From an uncultured virus (IMG/VR IMGVR_UViG_3300011223_000002) (Duplodnaviria; Heunggongvirae; Uroviricota; Caudoviricetes), in the IMG/VR virus record IMGVR_UViG_3300011223_000002, positions 124,001 to 188,000 of that record: a DNA stretch of 64,000 bases; one strand, written 5' to 3'. Position 1 is the stretch's first letter. Each line of letters begins with the position of its first letter. The translations under genes and the position numbers were made by a program. Shown here piece by piece: positions 37,740 through 47,495 of the stretch. The notes below the pieces were generated by a model, which did not search any database, was not told the origin of the DNA, and was given only the letters and a program-made list of their open reading frames with translations.

Positions 37740-38618
37740 TCAGACAGGAGTACTGCCCGGCATGTGGACGATGATGGGTTCGGTGATCGAGTGCTCACCC
37801 GGGTAGGTCGATTGGGGCTGATCGATCACGCGGTCTGGCGAGTCCGAGAGCTCGGCCGCTTTGACCTCGATAGTGGTTTCCACTTCAACGGTAGCAGGAA
37901 CCATGCAGACAGGGTCTTTCTCACCACCTTTACCTACCACTTCGGCAACCAGGTCTGCGGACAACCCGCTGGCTTCAGACGCTGGCGCTGCAGCAGCCTT
38001 GGGTGGGTTCTTGCGCGTACCCTGGCCGTCCTTCTTCTTGGGGGCGAGTTCGGTCATGGGTGGGTTCTTGCTTGCCACCGGATGAGGGTTAGCCGTCGCT
38101 TCAGGATCACCCCAGCGGAGGTTAGCCAGCGCAGGGTCGAGCTTGTTGCCGTTGATGTGCTGCACTTCCAGATCCTTGGGGTGCAGGCCGCGCTCCAGCA
38201 GTTCAGCAGGAACGGGCAGGAACGAACACGCCATGGCACGGGCCAGGGTCAGGGTGTGCTGGTTGTTGTCATTGCTCAGGTGGAAGATGATGTCGTCTTC
38301 GGGACCTGTGCTCGTTTTCAGCGTGGTGATCTTGCCGTCGCGGTCAGAGATCACATTGCCACGGTTGCTGATGTAGATCCCCACCGGTTTGATGTTCGGC
38401 CCCACACTGCTGTCCCGTTTGAGGCGTTCGAGCTGGCAGTAATGCAGCGGAACAAAGACTTCATAGTCCGGGTTCTCACGGAGTTTTTCTTGCAGCCGGG
38501 CGTCGAGTTCGGTCAGGTTGAAAGGAAACTCCAACGCCGCATAGGCCTTGCTGGTCGCCAGCGCGTGCTCGTAGTTACCGCCGGTAAAGAACAGGTCGGC
38601 AATAGGGTTATACTGCAT
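37740..38618 (-). CDS. Degenerate HNH paralog with a low-complexity C-terminal tail
   Basis: N-terminus aligns by eye with 34945-35922 (FPFNL...PDYEVF.P..Y..LER; ISN.G; HPK.LE); EVQHINGNKLDPALANLRWGDP lacks the final Asn; no NUMOD repeats. Confidence 0.7.
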   Translation of the reverse strand: MQYNPIADLFFTGGNYEHALATSKAYAALEFPFNLTELDARLQEKLRENPDYEVFVPLHYCQLERLKRDSSVGPNIKPVGIYISNRGNVISDRDGKITTLKTSTGPEDDIIFHLSNDNNQHTLTLARAMACSFLPVPAELLERGLHPKDLEVQHINGNKLDPALANLRWGDPEATANPHPVASKNPPMTELAPKKKDGQGTRKNPPKAAAAPASEASGLSADLVAEVVGKGGEKDPVCMVPATVEVETTIEVKAAELSDSPDRVIDQPQSTYPGEHSITEPIIVHMPGSTPV

Positions 38619-38693
38619 GGTGTAACTCCTTTATAGCAACGAACGGAATAACCCACCACCTATCCCAACGGACGGTGGCGGATTGAGGGGGTG

Positions 38694-39197
38694 TTAAATG
38701 AACTCGTTGATGAGGGGTCCGCTGATAAACATCATGACGACGTTGTTGAGATGCTTGCCCCTGAAATCGATGCGTTGGCTGAAGGCCGGATCATTGAGGA
38801 TGTCCTCCATGATCATGAAATCGCCGACCGAGTTGGCAGCGGTAATCGAGCTGATGGCCAGGGCCAGCTTGTCCCTGAGGAAATCACTGTAATCGTCCTC
38901 TACAAAGCCAGGCGATTCAAAGTCATTGCCATCTTGAATGTCCATCTCTTTCAGAACATCCACTAACAGCTCGACAGAATTTGCAATGTCCTCCTCGGGG
39001 TCAAACGTGAACTCTTCGAGCTGGGCGGCTTCGCTTAACTGGGCCAGTGCTTCAATGCCCGGTGCGTAGCGCTTTCTGAAGTCCTTGATGATGATGCCAA
39101 CAGCTTCAATAACAATGAAGTCCATCAGCATGTCTGAAACATCAGCGTACAACTCTTCTCGACTGTCCGGGTCGAGGGCAATCGTCAAGGACTTCAT
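38694..39197 (-). CDS. Hypothetical acidic protein
   Basis: 167 aa, D/E-rich. Confidence 0.6.
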   Translation of the reverse strand: MKSLTIALDPDSREELYADVSDMLMDFIVIEAVGIIIKDFRKRYAPGIEALAQLSEAAQLEEFTFDPEEDIANSVELLVDVLKEMDIQDGNDFESPGFVEDDYSDFLRDKLALAISSITAANSVGDFMIMEDILNDPAFSQRIDFRGKHLNNVVMMFISGPLINEFI

Positions 39198-39590
39198 TTA
39201 AACCTCGATGATAATCAGGATCCCAGCCGGTGAAGTCGACCGCAGAACCCAACGGTGACCTCGGTAGGGGCGAAGTAGACGAATGTCTTCTCGGTAGCCG
39301 GCGCCTTCCTCATACAGCTTGAAAGCCGCCATGACTTCCTTCAGCTCGGAGGTAAAGTACCCTAGGCGTTGCTCGTCGGTTTCGTAATGACCTGGGATCA
39401 CCATGAACCGACGGGCCAGTTCCGCCAACGAGGTATCGCTAAAGGGGATGTCGTCCATGAAGCAACGGATCCGCTCTTGCACAAATTGGCGAACAATTAA
39501 TGAGTGCCGCAGTTCGCCAATACCGGGCGTCTTAAAGAAGAACGACTTACGGTCAATCGATTCTGGTGTGTAGCTGTATGCTTTAGCCAT
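39198..39590 (-). CDS. Hypothetical protein
   Basis: Operon-packed ORF; start MAKAYS. Confidence 0.55.
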   Translation of the reverse strand: MAKAYSYTPESIDRKSFFFKTPGIGELRHSLIVRQFVQERIRCFMDDIPFSDTSLAELARRFMVIPGHYETDEQRLGYFTSELKEVMAAFKLYEEGAGYREDIRLLRPYRGHRWVLRSTSPAGILIIIEV

Positions 39591-40008
39591 AACGTTCACC
39601 CACTACTTTGACGACCCAATGATTGGCAAGTTGCCGGCGCACTTCCACGCTATCAAACAGGTAGTGCTCAGCCACTTCCAGAAGGATAGGATGGTTAGTG
39701 TCAATGATCTCCATCATGCATTGACTGGCCTCTTCGGCTAACTCCTGCACGCGCTGCTCGCCATTGCTGAGCAAATCGAAATCCCAGACACAGCGAGGAT
39801 CACCGTGTTCATCGAAGAGCATCTCACGTGCTTGGGTAAGCCAGCTGGTCTCCAGCCAGGCATCACGAATGTCGTCATACACGACGCATTCGTAGTTGCT
39901 CAACAGACTCATAAGGTTTACACTGACGAGATCTCCCACATAGCGTGAATTTCCTTGCTTAGGTGACCTAAGCAACATGATAAAAGAGCTCACTTGGAAA
40001 TACTCCAT
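39583..40008 (-). CDS. Hypothetical protein
   Basis: Operon-packed ORF. Confidence 0.55.
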   Translation of the reverse strand: MEYFQVSSFIMLLRSPKQGNSRYVGDLVSVNLMSLLSNYECVVYDDIRDAWLETSWLTQAREMLFDEHGDPRCVWDFDLLSNGEQRVQELAEEASQCMMEIIDTNHPILLEVAEHYLFDSVEVRRQLANHWVVKVVGERYG

Positions 40009-40041
40009 CTGTTTGTAACCAATAAAGGGTAACGCTCTGGA

Positions 40042-42612
40042 CTAATCCAGAGCGCATTCCGAGTTGACCCGAGTTAGCGTTTTCTTCTTAGGCGCAAAGG
40101 CTTCGGCACGCTTGTCCAGATAGTCGCACTGTTTACTAATATCAAAACACCCAAACGCCACGAAGATGGGCGGCAGCTCACCATTGAACAGTTTGGCTGT
40201 GTCACGGAGACGACCAATGATCTGCTTGTTGGCTTGCGTACTGGAAACGGTGTGGGGGCAGAGCACCGTAATCATTCCCGGTGCATCCTTACCCGTACCG
40301 CAACTGTTCGGCGTGGTAATGATGATCTCGTGCTTTAAGTACTTATCTTTAAGCTCTTTCTTCTTGGTGTCATCCCCGGTAAAGGTTTCGATATCCAGGT
40401 GAGGGTAACGGTCCTTGAAGAGTTTCTGCATCGCGTAGCACATGTTGACGCGACTGAAGAACATAAAGCATTTGGTACCTTCTCGACGACGCCCCAGGTA
40501 GTACTCCTGGAATGCCTTGTCGATCAACTCAAAGTAGAACTTGAGCACCACCTCTGATTTGAGAATGCTCTCTTCAAAGGTCTTGTCATTATATCCACCG
40601 TACTGTTCCGTTTTAATGCGGAACTTGCGAAGATTCATACGGTACATGTAGAACACAATGTCAATGTAGTGCTCGGGCTCCGCCTCCTTTAATCGGTAAC
40701 GGAACGGGTAAAGCCAACTGTACGCCTTGTTGTTGAAAGGATCGTCTGCCCTCAATGTGGCTGAAAGGACAAACGTCTTGTGCAAGTTGCCGTAACACAA
40801 CGACAGGAAGATCTGGTGAATGGATTCGTGACCTTCGTCAATGATCCGCAAACCAGGCCTGATCGACTCATAGACCTCGTCGAGGGTAGGCTGCTCACGA
40901 CCTTCCTTTTCATGCCGCAGGTAGACTTCAATCCGCGACATGGGGATGATAACGACTTTGGGGTCATACACCCCTTCGTCCATTACCTTTTTCAGGATCG
41001 ACAAATCCTGTTCCCAGATCAACACATCACCCGGACCAAACTTGACAACGTTGTACAACTCCTTAACGAAGTTGTGGATGTACCGCGGCTGCATGGTAGC
41101 TACCGTGCGCATCCCAAGTTGGACCATGGAGTAGATCGACATGAAGGTGTTGTGCGTGACGATAAAGTCATCCGTAACGTACAGGTGTTCTTCATGCGCC
41201 ACCGAAATGCATTGAGTTGGTTCAGGGGCGAGTTCTTCAATTCGCACCATCCGCAGCTTCAGCGTACCCGAGTATTGCGTGGCCTTTGCCCGTTCCTGCT
41301 TGTGGGCAAGTGTAAACAGCTCCTCCGGACGCGGATAACGAATGGACACCTTGTAGGTCGTCCTCCCAGCTTTCCGTTCACCCAGGTGGGTGTAATGAGG
41401 AATCCGACTGGTAAGTCGCGCGATACCACCCAGACTTCTCACCAAGTACTGAACTGCTTCTGCCAGCTGCAAGGAGCTGCTGCTGAAGGAAACAGACTTG
41501 CTCTTGGTCACAGTACCGTCCGTGTCCAAAAGCCCTTGGAGGAGTTCAAGGCGTTGTTGACGAGAACCTTCGAGGTATTCTTCCGGTACAAACTTCTCAT
41601 GGGATTTCAACCCCATAAGCCCGCACTCTCTCAAGCCCGTCCGCACATGCCACTGTTCCTCACCCGGTCGATAACCATCCTTGAACACGATAGCAAAGGT
41701 TACACTGTCGCGCCACTTGCAGGTAAGATTAGCAGGGAGCAATTCACTGATGCGATCGAACATTTGCTGATAAGGTTTATTTACTGTGACGTTCCCGTGG
41801 GTAAACCCACCGTCGCCCAGCAACACACCCATGAGGTAGGGATGGATCTTAAACGGTTTAGCAGGACCGTCCTCAGCTTCACACAGTGGAACGTACACGC
41901 GGCTTGGCGAGGCTTCGAGAAGCTTGCTGACCGCGCGGGTATCCAAGGTGCGATGAGTCTGGTTATCACTGTCGAGGATTCTCCACAGGTGCTCAGGGTT
42001 AACGTCGGTGTGACGACCGTCCGCGAAATGGACACGCCAAACGTCAGTAACCCCTTGTGGGAAGACGCCGGTGACTTGAGTCGGTGTCCCGTCTCGAGCA
42101 ATCACCAGATCACCTTTCTTGATATCCCCCATCTGCTTCCAGCCACCAGGGACCTTTAGCTTAGCTGACAGCGGTTGGGCTTTGCCACCCCCTGTGTTGT
42201 CGTTGTTGATCTTGATGTAACCATCGTCCAGCATGTAGTTGATCCACTCCCATTGTTTTGGGAATGGGTTGGAAAATGCTGGATTGAGTTCAAAGGAGAC
42301 CCGCTTCGGTTCAATGACAGGAACGTCGTCGATGAGGAAACGGGATTGACTATACCCCTTATACACCGCGAACTCAATGAAGTCTTTTAGCAACTCGCTG
42401 GGAAAACGATATTCCGTACGGGCTGCGTTACCGCGTGCGAACACGTGGGTGATTTCCCATTGAGGTCGCGCCCCGCGTACGCCGGGCTTCTTTACCCGTT
42501 TGCACAAGTGCTGGCGAGTAAAGGGCTTGATCACGCTTTCAAAGAACTGCTCGTAGAAGTCGTGCACCTTGAAGTAGTGATGCGCTTTACTGATGCTGGC
42601 TGTTTGGCGCAT
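40042..42612 (-). CDS. SF2 (DExH) helicase (phiKZ gp75-like), intein-containing
   Basis: Walker A TGGGK|T split by the intein; IIDEGH; LSAT; QIIGRLR. Confidence 0.9.
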   Translation of the reverse strand: MRQTASISKAHHYFKVHDFYEQFFESVIKPFTRQHLCKRVKKPGVRGARPQWEITHVFARGNAARTEYRFPSELLKDFIEFAVYKGYSQSRFLIDDVPVIEPKRVSFELNPAFSNPFPKQWEWINYMLDDGYIKINNDNTGGGKAQPLSAKLKVPGGWKQMGDIKKGDLVIARDGTPTQVTGVFPQGVTDVWRVHFADGRHTDVNPEHLWRILDSDNQTHRTLDTRAVSKLLEASPSRVYVPLCEAEDGPAKPFKIHPYLMGVLLGDGGFTHGNVTVNKPYQQMFDRISELLPANLTCKWRDSVTFAIVFKDGYRPGEEQWHVRTGLRECGLMGLKSHEKFVPEEYLEGSRQQRLELLQGLLDTDGTVTKSKSVSFSSSSLQLAEAVQYLVRSLGGIARLTSRIPHYTHLGERKAGRTTYKVSIRYPRPEELFTLAHKQERAKATQYSGTLKLRMVRIEELAPEPTQCISVAHEEHLYVTDDFIVTHNTFMSIYSMVQLGMRTVATMQPRYIHNFVKELYNVVKFGPGDVLIWEQDLSILKKVMDEGVYDPKVVIIPMSRIEVYLRHEKEGREQPTLDEVYESIRPGLRIIDEGHESIHQIFLSLCYGNLHKTFVLSATLRADDPFNNKAYSWLYPFRYRLKEAEPEHYIDIVFYMYRMNLRKFRIKTEQYGGYNDKTFEESILKSEVVLKFYFELIDKAFQEYYLGRRREGTKCFMFFSRVNMCYAMQKLFKDRYPHLDIETFTGDDTKKKELKDKYLKHEIIITTPNSCGTGKDAPGMITVLCPHTVSSTQANKQIIGRLRDTAKLFNGELPPIFVAFGCFDISKQCDYLDKRAEAFAPKKKTLTRVNSECALD
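41149..42180 (-). mobile_element. Class-3 (Ala-start, WCT) intein with LAGLIDADG homing endonuclease, 344 aa
   Basis: Starts AQPLSAK; block B NPEHLW; block F TQCISV; ends FIVTHN|T; YLMGVLLGDG and LLQGLLDTDG motifs. Confidence 0.9.
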
Positions 42613-42662
42613 GTCGGCCTCGTTCAGGGAGTTTAGGCCCCTGACAGAGGCCTAGTACCCAG

Positions 42663-44678
42663 TTAGTTAGCAGCGAGCGTATAGAAGCATTCCAACGGAC
42701 TCCCTTGACGGTTTACTGTCATGAAAGTGGTTGGGTCGTTCAACACACCCTGCTGGTTCTCGTAGATCATTATCATGCCTGCGCCACGTCCTTTGATGCA
42801 GTCCTGATAATTGTAGAAACGTCGCGTGCTATTCCCGCCTGGCAGGGAGTAATCATACCGATCAGGATCGGTTGCCAAACAGGTGTACAACAACGATTCC
42901 ACGTGCACAGAATTGATTCCGCGGATTTCCTGGTTAATCAACGACCAGTATTCCGCCAAGACATCACCAAAGATCTTCGGTGTGACCTGTTGTTGTTTCC
43001 ATGCATTATTGCGTTTGTTGAAGGTGATCATGTTCTCGACACGGGCCCGGTGCATGTCGAGGTCTTCACGGGTGTAGGGGAGGTTGAAGATCGGCGCCAG
43101 GGTATTCCAACCACTGAGGTCGATCACGATGTGTTTACGGCCTTCGGTACTCCAACCGACCTGCAGCAGGTACCGCAGGAACTCCAGCGAGAAGCGCGCT
43201 TGGCGAGACGAGACCGATGTCTTAGCCGAATGCTGCTGGAGGGTTGTACCACCTACCATGATGTCCTGTACGGCATAACGGAACGTCACTTCAGCAAAGT
43301 GCGGGAGCTTGTCCACACTCAGACTGTCGAGGTTATCCAGCGAGCGTACGTCCGACAACACGTCCACGATCTCTGAACGCAAGACCAGTTCCGAACCCGG
43401 TGTACAGAGTTCCGGTTGCAGGAAGATGTCGTCACCGTTACTGTAGATGATGTTGCGGTCCTTGCTGACCGGCTCGAACCGTTTGGTCACCGCGTTACGA
43501 ATGAAGTGCTTGGTTGACAGCATACCTTGGCCCATCGGGTTACAGATTGCTGTGGCCGAGTACATTCCGACGTTGGCACTGCGCATCATCATGGTGTTGA
43601 ACGGGATGGCTGTCTTCATCATCCCATAACAGGTACCGCAAGGTTTGCCGGTGTGCTTACTGTTACAGAAGGCAACACTTCGGACCTGAATGACCTCACC
43701 TGGTTTGATATCCCAGACCGTGGCATTGTCGATCAACTGCAGCCGACCGTCGTCGAGACGACGATACTTGCCAAGGAACGCCATGGCCATTTGCATGTTG
43801 GCGATTTTGACAGGTACGGTGACGTTCGTCCCACAATCATCCATAAACAGGATGGTCTGGAACACCGAGGTCAAGATGTGGGCTTTCCGGTGGAACCATT
43901 CCGAATCCTTCAACGCTTTACCGTTGTTGGACAAGGCCTTGCCCGAGGCGTTACGTTCACCCAGTGAGTCCGCTGCATTGGTGATCCCGTGAGCATACGG
44001 GACTACCACTGCGTTAGGCATGATGCGGTTGTTCAAGTCAAACGTACCACCGCGCATGACGGTTTTCTGGTACGCCTGGTTAATACTCACCGCACCCGTC
44101 CGTGCCAGCAATGCCATCACGTTATTGGGCTGGTATTCCGGATTACGGATCAACGAGGTGAACTCCACCTCACCCTCGTCGATCGTGATCTCCTTCGCCA
44201 AGATTCGATCACGAATGTCCATGATCGCTTCATCTTCCATGAACTCAGCCACCGAGACATCTGTAGCCGAAATGACTGAACGCTCTGACATGACCACTGA
44301 GAGGTTGTTCAGTTTGTTCTGCCAGATGTGAATTAACCGCTTGATGGCATCCGCTTCCACAGGATTGTGGATGGTCGGCATGATCCGGCGAAGGAACATG
44401 TTGATCGGGATGGCTTTGGTGTCATCATCGTACACGATGTCCGGACGGTCACCCACCTTGTTAGAGGGAATTAACTCTTCCAACAGGTAGGGAACGTCGT
44501 TGTAATGCCGATGGACAATCAATCCCTGCCACGTCAGCATCAGGACAAAGGTATCGGATTCTTGTTGCTTACCTTCATCATCGGTAACGATTACACGACG
44601 ACGGGTCTCCAGGAAACGCAGGGTGTCTGCTTCCTGGAGGTTAGCCCAATCGCGCAGCTTAACCTCCATTACACTCAT
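42663..44678 (-). CDS. Non-virion RNAP beta'-like subunit (phiKZ gp74-like)
   Basis: DSEWFHRK, DDCGT, RSVAFC..CGTCYG and QGMLSTKH motifs. Confidence 0.85.
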   Translation of the reverse strand: MSVMEVKLRDWANLQEADTLRFLETRRRVIVTDDEGKQQESDTFVLMLTWQGLIVHRHYNDVPYLLEELIPSNKVGDRPDIVYDDDTKAIPINMFLRRIMPTIHNPVEADAIKRLIHIWQNKLNNLSVVMSERSVISATDVSVAEFMEDEAIMDIRDRILAKEITIDEGEVEFTSLIRNPEYQPNNVMALLARTGAVSINQAYQKTVMRGGTFDLNNRIMPNAVVVPYAHGITNAADSLGERNASGKALSNNGKALKDSEWFHRKAHILTSVFQTILFMDDCGTNVTVPVKIANMQMAMAFLGKYRRLDDGRLQLIDNATVWDIKPGEVIQVRSVAFCNSKHTGKPCGTCYGMMKTAIPFNTMMMRSANVGMYSATAICNPMGQGMLSTKHFIRNAVTKRFEPVSKDRNIIYSNGDDIFLQPELCTPGSELVLRSEIVDVLSDVRSLDNLDSLSVDKLPHFAEVTFRYAVQDIMVGGTTLQQHSAKTSVSSRQARFSLEFLRYLLQVGWSTEGRKHIVIDLSGWNTLAPIFNLPYTREDLDMHRARVENMITFNKRNNAWKQQQVTPKIFGDVLAEYWSLINQEIRGINSVHVESLLYTCLATDPDRYDYSLPGGNSTRRFYNYQDCIKGRGAGMIMIYENQQGVLNDPTTFMTVNRQGSPLECFYTLAAN

Positions 44679-46981
44679 TACGAATTACTCCGTTGTTCAC
44701 CACTGGCCTTGGCCGAGAGCTCCTCAAGCAAACTTGAGTCAATGCCAGGAATCCCTTCGAAAGCCGCTGCAGGTTTATCCCGACGGTCCTCAGGGGTTTC
44801 ATGACGAAGTCGCCAGCCGGAGTCAGACAACTGACTACCCGCCATGGCAACGGCTCGGTTATTGGCGTACTCTTCAGGACGAATGATCTGATCGATGTCG
44901 AAAGGATCGTCCGCACGAATGCTACGCTTGGTGGCCATGATGCGGTTTTCTGGGGAATAGGCAAGACTGTACTGCTTCATGGTGTCCTGCCCGCCAGTCT
45001 GGCTGGTCTTCCACCGACCTTCAGCTTCGCCGGTGTTTTTGTTGTTGGCATCCTTCATGGGTGCCGAGTACTTGTTGGCGTCGTTCATCTTCGCTGGCAT
45101 GCCAAAGAGGTTGGACTTGGGCATGCTTTGCGCACTCATATCGGTGCCGAACTTATCCAAGAGGATAATGTCCTGAACACTGATGAGGATAGGGTTAATG
45201 GTTTCAACCTGCTCCCCGAGTGAGTTGACAATCATTGCCTTTTGCGGCTTGTAGGGGTACTTCGCTCGCAGTGCGTTAGTGATGTTCACGCCGAACAGGC
45301 GCGTATTACTCACGACATGCAAACTGATACGTTTCCTCGCCACATGGTCAACGTGATTACGCCGCTCCTCTTCGGTAGGCAAGCCCATAGCGATAAGCTC
45401 AGCAAACTCAGGGAAGCCCGTTTGGTAGTACTCCATCAGCTTCTCGAACGCCGTGCGGTAGTCACCCAAGCGATGCAGGTGCTGGATCTCACGGTGCAGG
45501 TTCATGCTGACAAAGTTGATCCCCAGCTCAAGCAGCAAGCCAAAGATCTGGCGACGGAAGGAGGGGGTGTTGTCCTTGATGAATTCTGCCCGAGTGCCGT
45601 CCGGGTAGACCGGTGCTTCGTGGTCTTCGATGATCCGGACGCACACACCCTTGTCACCAAACAACCCAGCGTACTTGAATTTGACACGACCGACCACCGA
45701 TTCTTTCAGCTTGATCTCGATGTCCCAGTCTTTCTTCTTAGCACGTCCCTCTACACGCGCAAGCGGGTTGACCTTGCCGAACGAGTTACGGGTATAGTTA
45801 CCATAGGCGTTGCGTATAAAGCTGTGGAGCTCCAGGGTGACTGGGATGTCATTACCCATGTTCGCCGCGATCTTGCCTTCGTACCAACGAATCACACCGT
45901 TCCACATTTCGTTCTGGCGCTTCTCGTAACGGTCGAGCAGCTGGTTGTGCGCCTGATCGATGTAGTCCGTGCTGCGGTTGTTGCTCTTGTTCTTCATCCG
46001 TTCGGAGGTCACAGTTACTGCCATGACTTCACAGCCCGGTGGAGCATAGAACAACTTGTCATAGATGTAATCCGGTTCAGACAAGGCCTTCTTGGTCAAC
46101 GACACCAGGGCATTCTCTTTGATACGGCGACGGAAGCCCATAACCAAACCGTCTTCGCGGATAACATCACCACATTCTGGGAACGGCTTATTGCCATACA
46201 AGGTCAGCGGGATCCACTCGTCCTCGTTCCATTCCCAGTCACGGATGTGTTCGAACATGCAGCGGGATCGCTCCGCAAACGAGCGCGTCATTACCACGCC
46301 GTCCTCCTCGCAGCGTTGATCTGAATACGCGGCTACGAGGGTAGGCATTGCAAAGCACCACTCACCGCTCTCGCTGATCCGCGGAGACCGTGCGAACACA
46401 GTACCCTTAGCGAAGGTGGCACCCTTGCGGACCTTGAAGAGCTTACGGAGCTTGTCTTGATCATAAACAAACTCAAACCCAACGTAATGGTTCTGCGTGT
46501 TGTAACGCGGCAGCTCCAGAACGTCGTAAGCATTCTTTTCATCGTTCTTGTAGATGACCCAGATATTATTCCAGTCATCGGTTTCTTTGCCATCGACCAA
46601 ACTCTTGACGTAGAAGATTTCTTCCACGGTCATGTTCGCTGGCGCTTCAACAGAACGTGCTGTGTCAGCGTATTGGTATTCAAACCCGGTAATGATGGCG
46701 CGCTCATCGCGACCTTCAGTTACTACCGACTTAGGCACCATGTTACTGGCCATGTACATACGACCCGCGGACGAACACCACGGGAAGGTAATCAAGTTAC
46801 TGCTGACACCCATGATGGCAGGGTGCATCTGGTTTTCACCACAGGGGTATTTGTACTTTACCGATTGAACTGTTTGCCCCAGCGCCGAGTCAGAATGTGG
46901 ATCTTGGTCTGGCACCGCTAGAGCGCCCCGGACACCTTGGGCCAGAGGTTTCAGACCATGGTTAAATTCTTTCTTACTCAT
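44678..46981 (-). CDS. Non-virion RNAP beta-like subunit, C-terminal half (phiKZ gp71-73-like), uninterrupted
   Basis: SSAGRMYM, CEEDGVV, KYAGLFGDKGV and GEAEGR motifs; start MSKK with GGAG SD. Confidence 0.85.
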   Translation of the reverse strand: MSKKEFNHGLKPLAQGVRGALAVPDQDPHSDSALGQTVQSVKYKYPCGENQMHPAIMGVSSNLITFPWCSSAGRMYMASNMVPKSVVTEGRDERAIITGFEYQYADTARSVEAPANMTVEEIFYVKSLVDGKETDDWNNIWVIYKNDEKNAYDVLELPRYNTQNHYVGFEFVYDQDKLRKLFKVRKGATFAKGTVFARSPRISESGEWCFAMPTLVAAYSDQRCEEDGVVMTRSFAERSRCMFEHIRDWEWNEDEWIPLTLYGNKPFPECGDVIREDGLVMGFRRRIKENALVSLTKKALSEPDYIYDKLFYAPPGCEVMAVTVTSERMKNKSNNRSTDYIDQAHNQLLDRYEKRQNEMWNGVIRWYEGKIAANMGNDIPVTLELHSFIRNAYGNYTRNSFGKVNPLARVEGRAKKKDWDIEIKLKESVVGRVKFKYAGLFGDKGVCVRIIEDHEAPVYPDGTRAEFIKDNTPSFRRQIFGLLLELGINFVSMNLHREIQHLHRLGDYRTAFEKLMEYYQTGFPEFAELIAMGLPTEEERRNHVDHVARKRISLHVVSNTRLFGVNITNALRAKYPYKPQKAMIVNSLGEQVETINPILISVQDIILLDKFGTDMSAQSMPKSNLFGMPAKMNDANKYSAPMKDANNKNTGEAEGRWKTSQTGGQDTMKQYSLAYSPENRIMATKRSIRADDPFDIDQIIRPEEYANNRAVAMAGSQLSDSGWRLRHETPEDRRDKPAAAFEGIPGIDSSLLEELSAKASGEQRSNS

Positions 46982-47038
46982 TAGCGACTCCATGTTTACA
47001 ACTAGCCCGCAGAGGAAGACCCCTCTATTCTCAAGAAG

Positions 47039-47054
47039 ATAATATAGATTCGAA
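47039..47054 (-). promoter_or_regulatory. Early promoter motif upstream of nvRNAP beta
   Basis: TTCGAATCTATATTAT on the minus strand. Confidence 0.5.
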
Positions 47055-47093
47055 ACTAGATAGCGACTTCTCGAAAACGTAAAGGTGTTCGTC

Positions 47094-47423
47094 ATGCCCA
47101 TTTCTATTAAAGGTGCTGGAACCGACAAGGATGTCTTCTACACCGAACGTTACAAAACCATGGTTCGATCGGAACGGGAGCTATTGCTCCGCAAGACAAC
47201 GGATTTCCCTATCGTATCCCGGTCAGAACTGTATGCTTACCGTCACGACTTTTACAGGTTGTTGCGGGTACTCAATGTTCTGCCTCACCTACACTGGACG
47301 ATCGCCTACCTCAACGGGATTGAAGACCCGTCTATGGACTGCTCCCATCTCTCCTCAATACGGATGATTGACGAGGATGTGTTAGCACAGAGCATCACCC
47401 GTAGTAATACCCAACGTGCTTAA
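47094..47423 (+). CDS. Small protein, possibly LysM/baseplate-wedge (T4 gp53/P2 gpX)-like
   Basis: AAGGTG SD; DFYRLLRVL...LHWTIAYLNGIEDP pattern. Confidence 0.5.
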   Translation: MPISIKGAGTDKDVFYTERYKTMVRSERELLLRKTTDFPIVSRSELYAYRHDFYRLLRVLNVLPHLHWTIAYLNGIEDPSMDCSHLSSIRMIDEDVLAQSITRSNTQRA

Positions 47424-47448
47424 AAAATACAGTAAATAAAATAAGAAC

Positions 47449-47481
47449 CAGTAGCCAGCGGGGTCACCCCGCTGGCTACTG
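47449..47481. terminator. Bidirectional terminator hairpin
   Basis: 15-bp stem CAGTAGCCAGCGGGG/CCCCGCTGGCTACTG between convergent genes. Confidence 0.75.
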
Positions 47482-47495
47482 TATTCATTTACTGC

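Noticed and set aside
40780..42159. 459-aa + strand ORF over the intein
   Set aside because: The intein and helicase motifs are all on the minus strand.
46982..47128. Longer start of nvRNAP beta given in the ORF track
   Set aside because: It would overlap its own promoter motif and the divergent gene; the SD supports ATG 46981.
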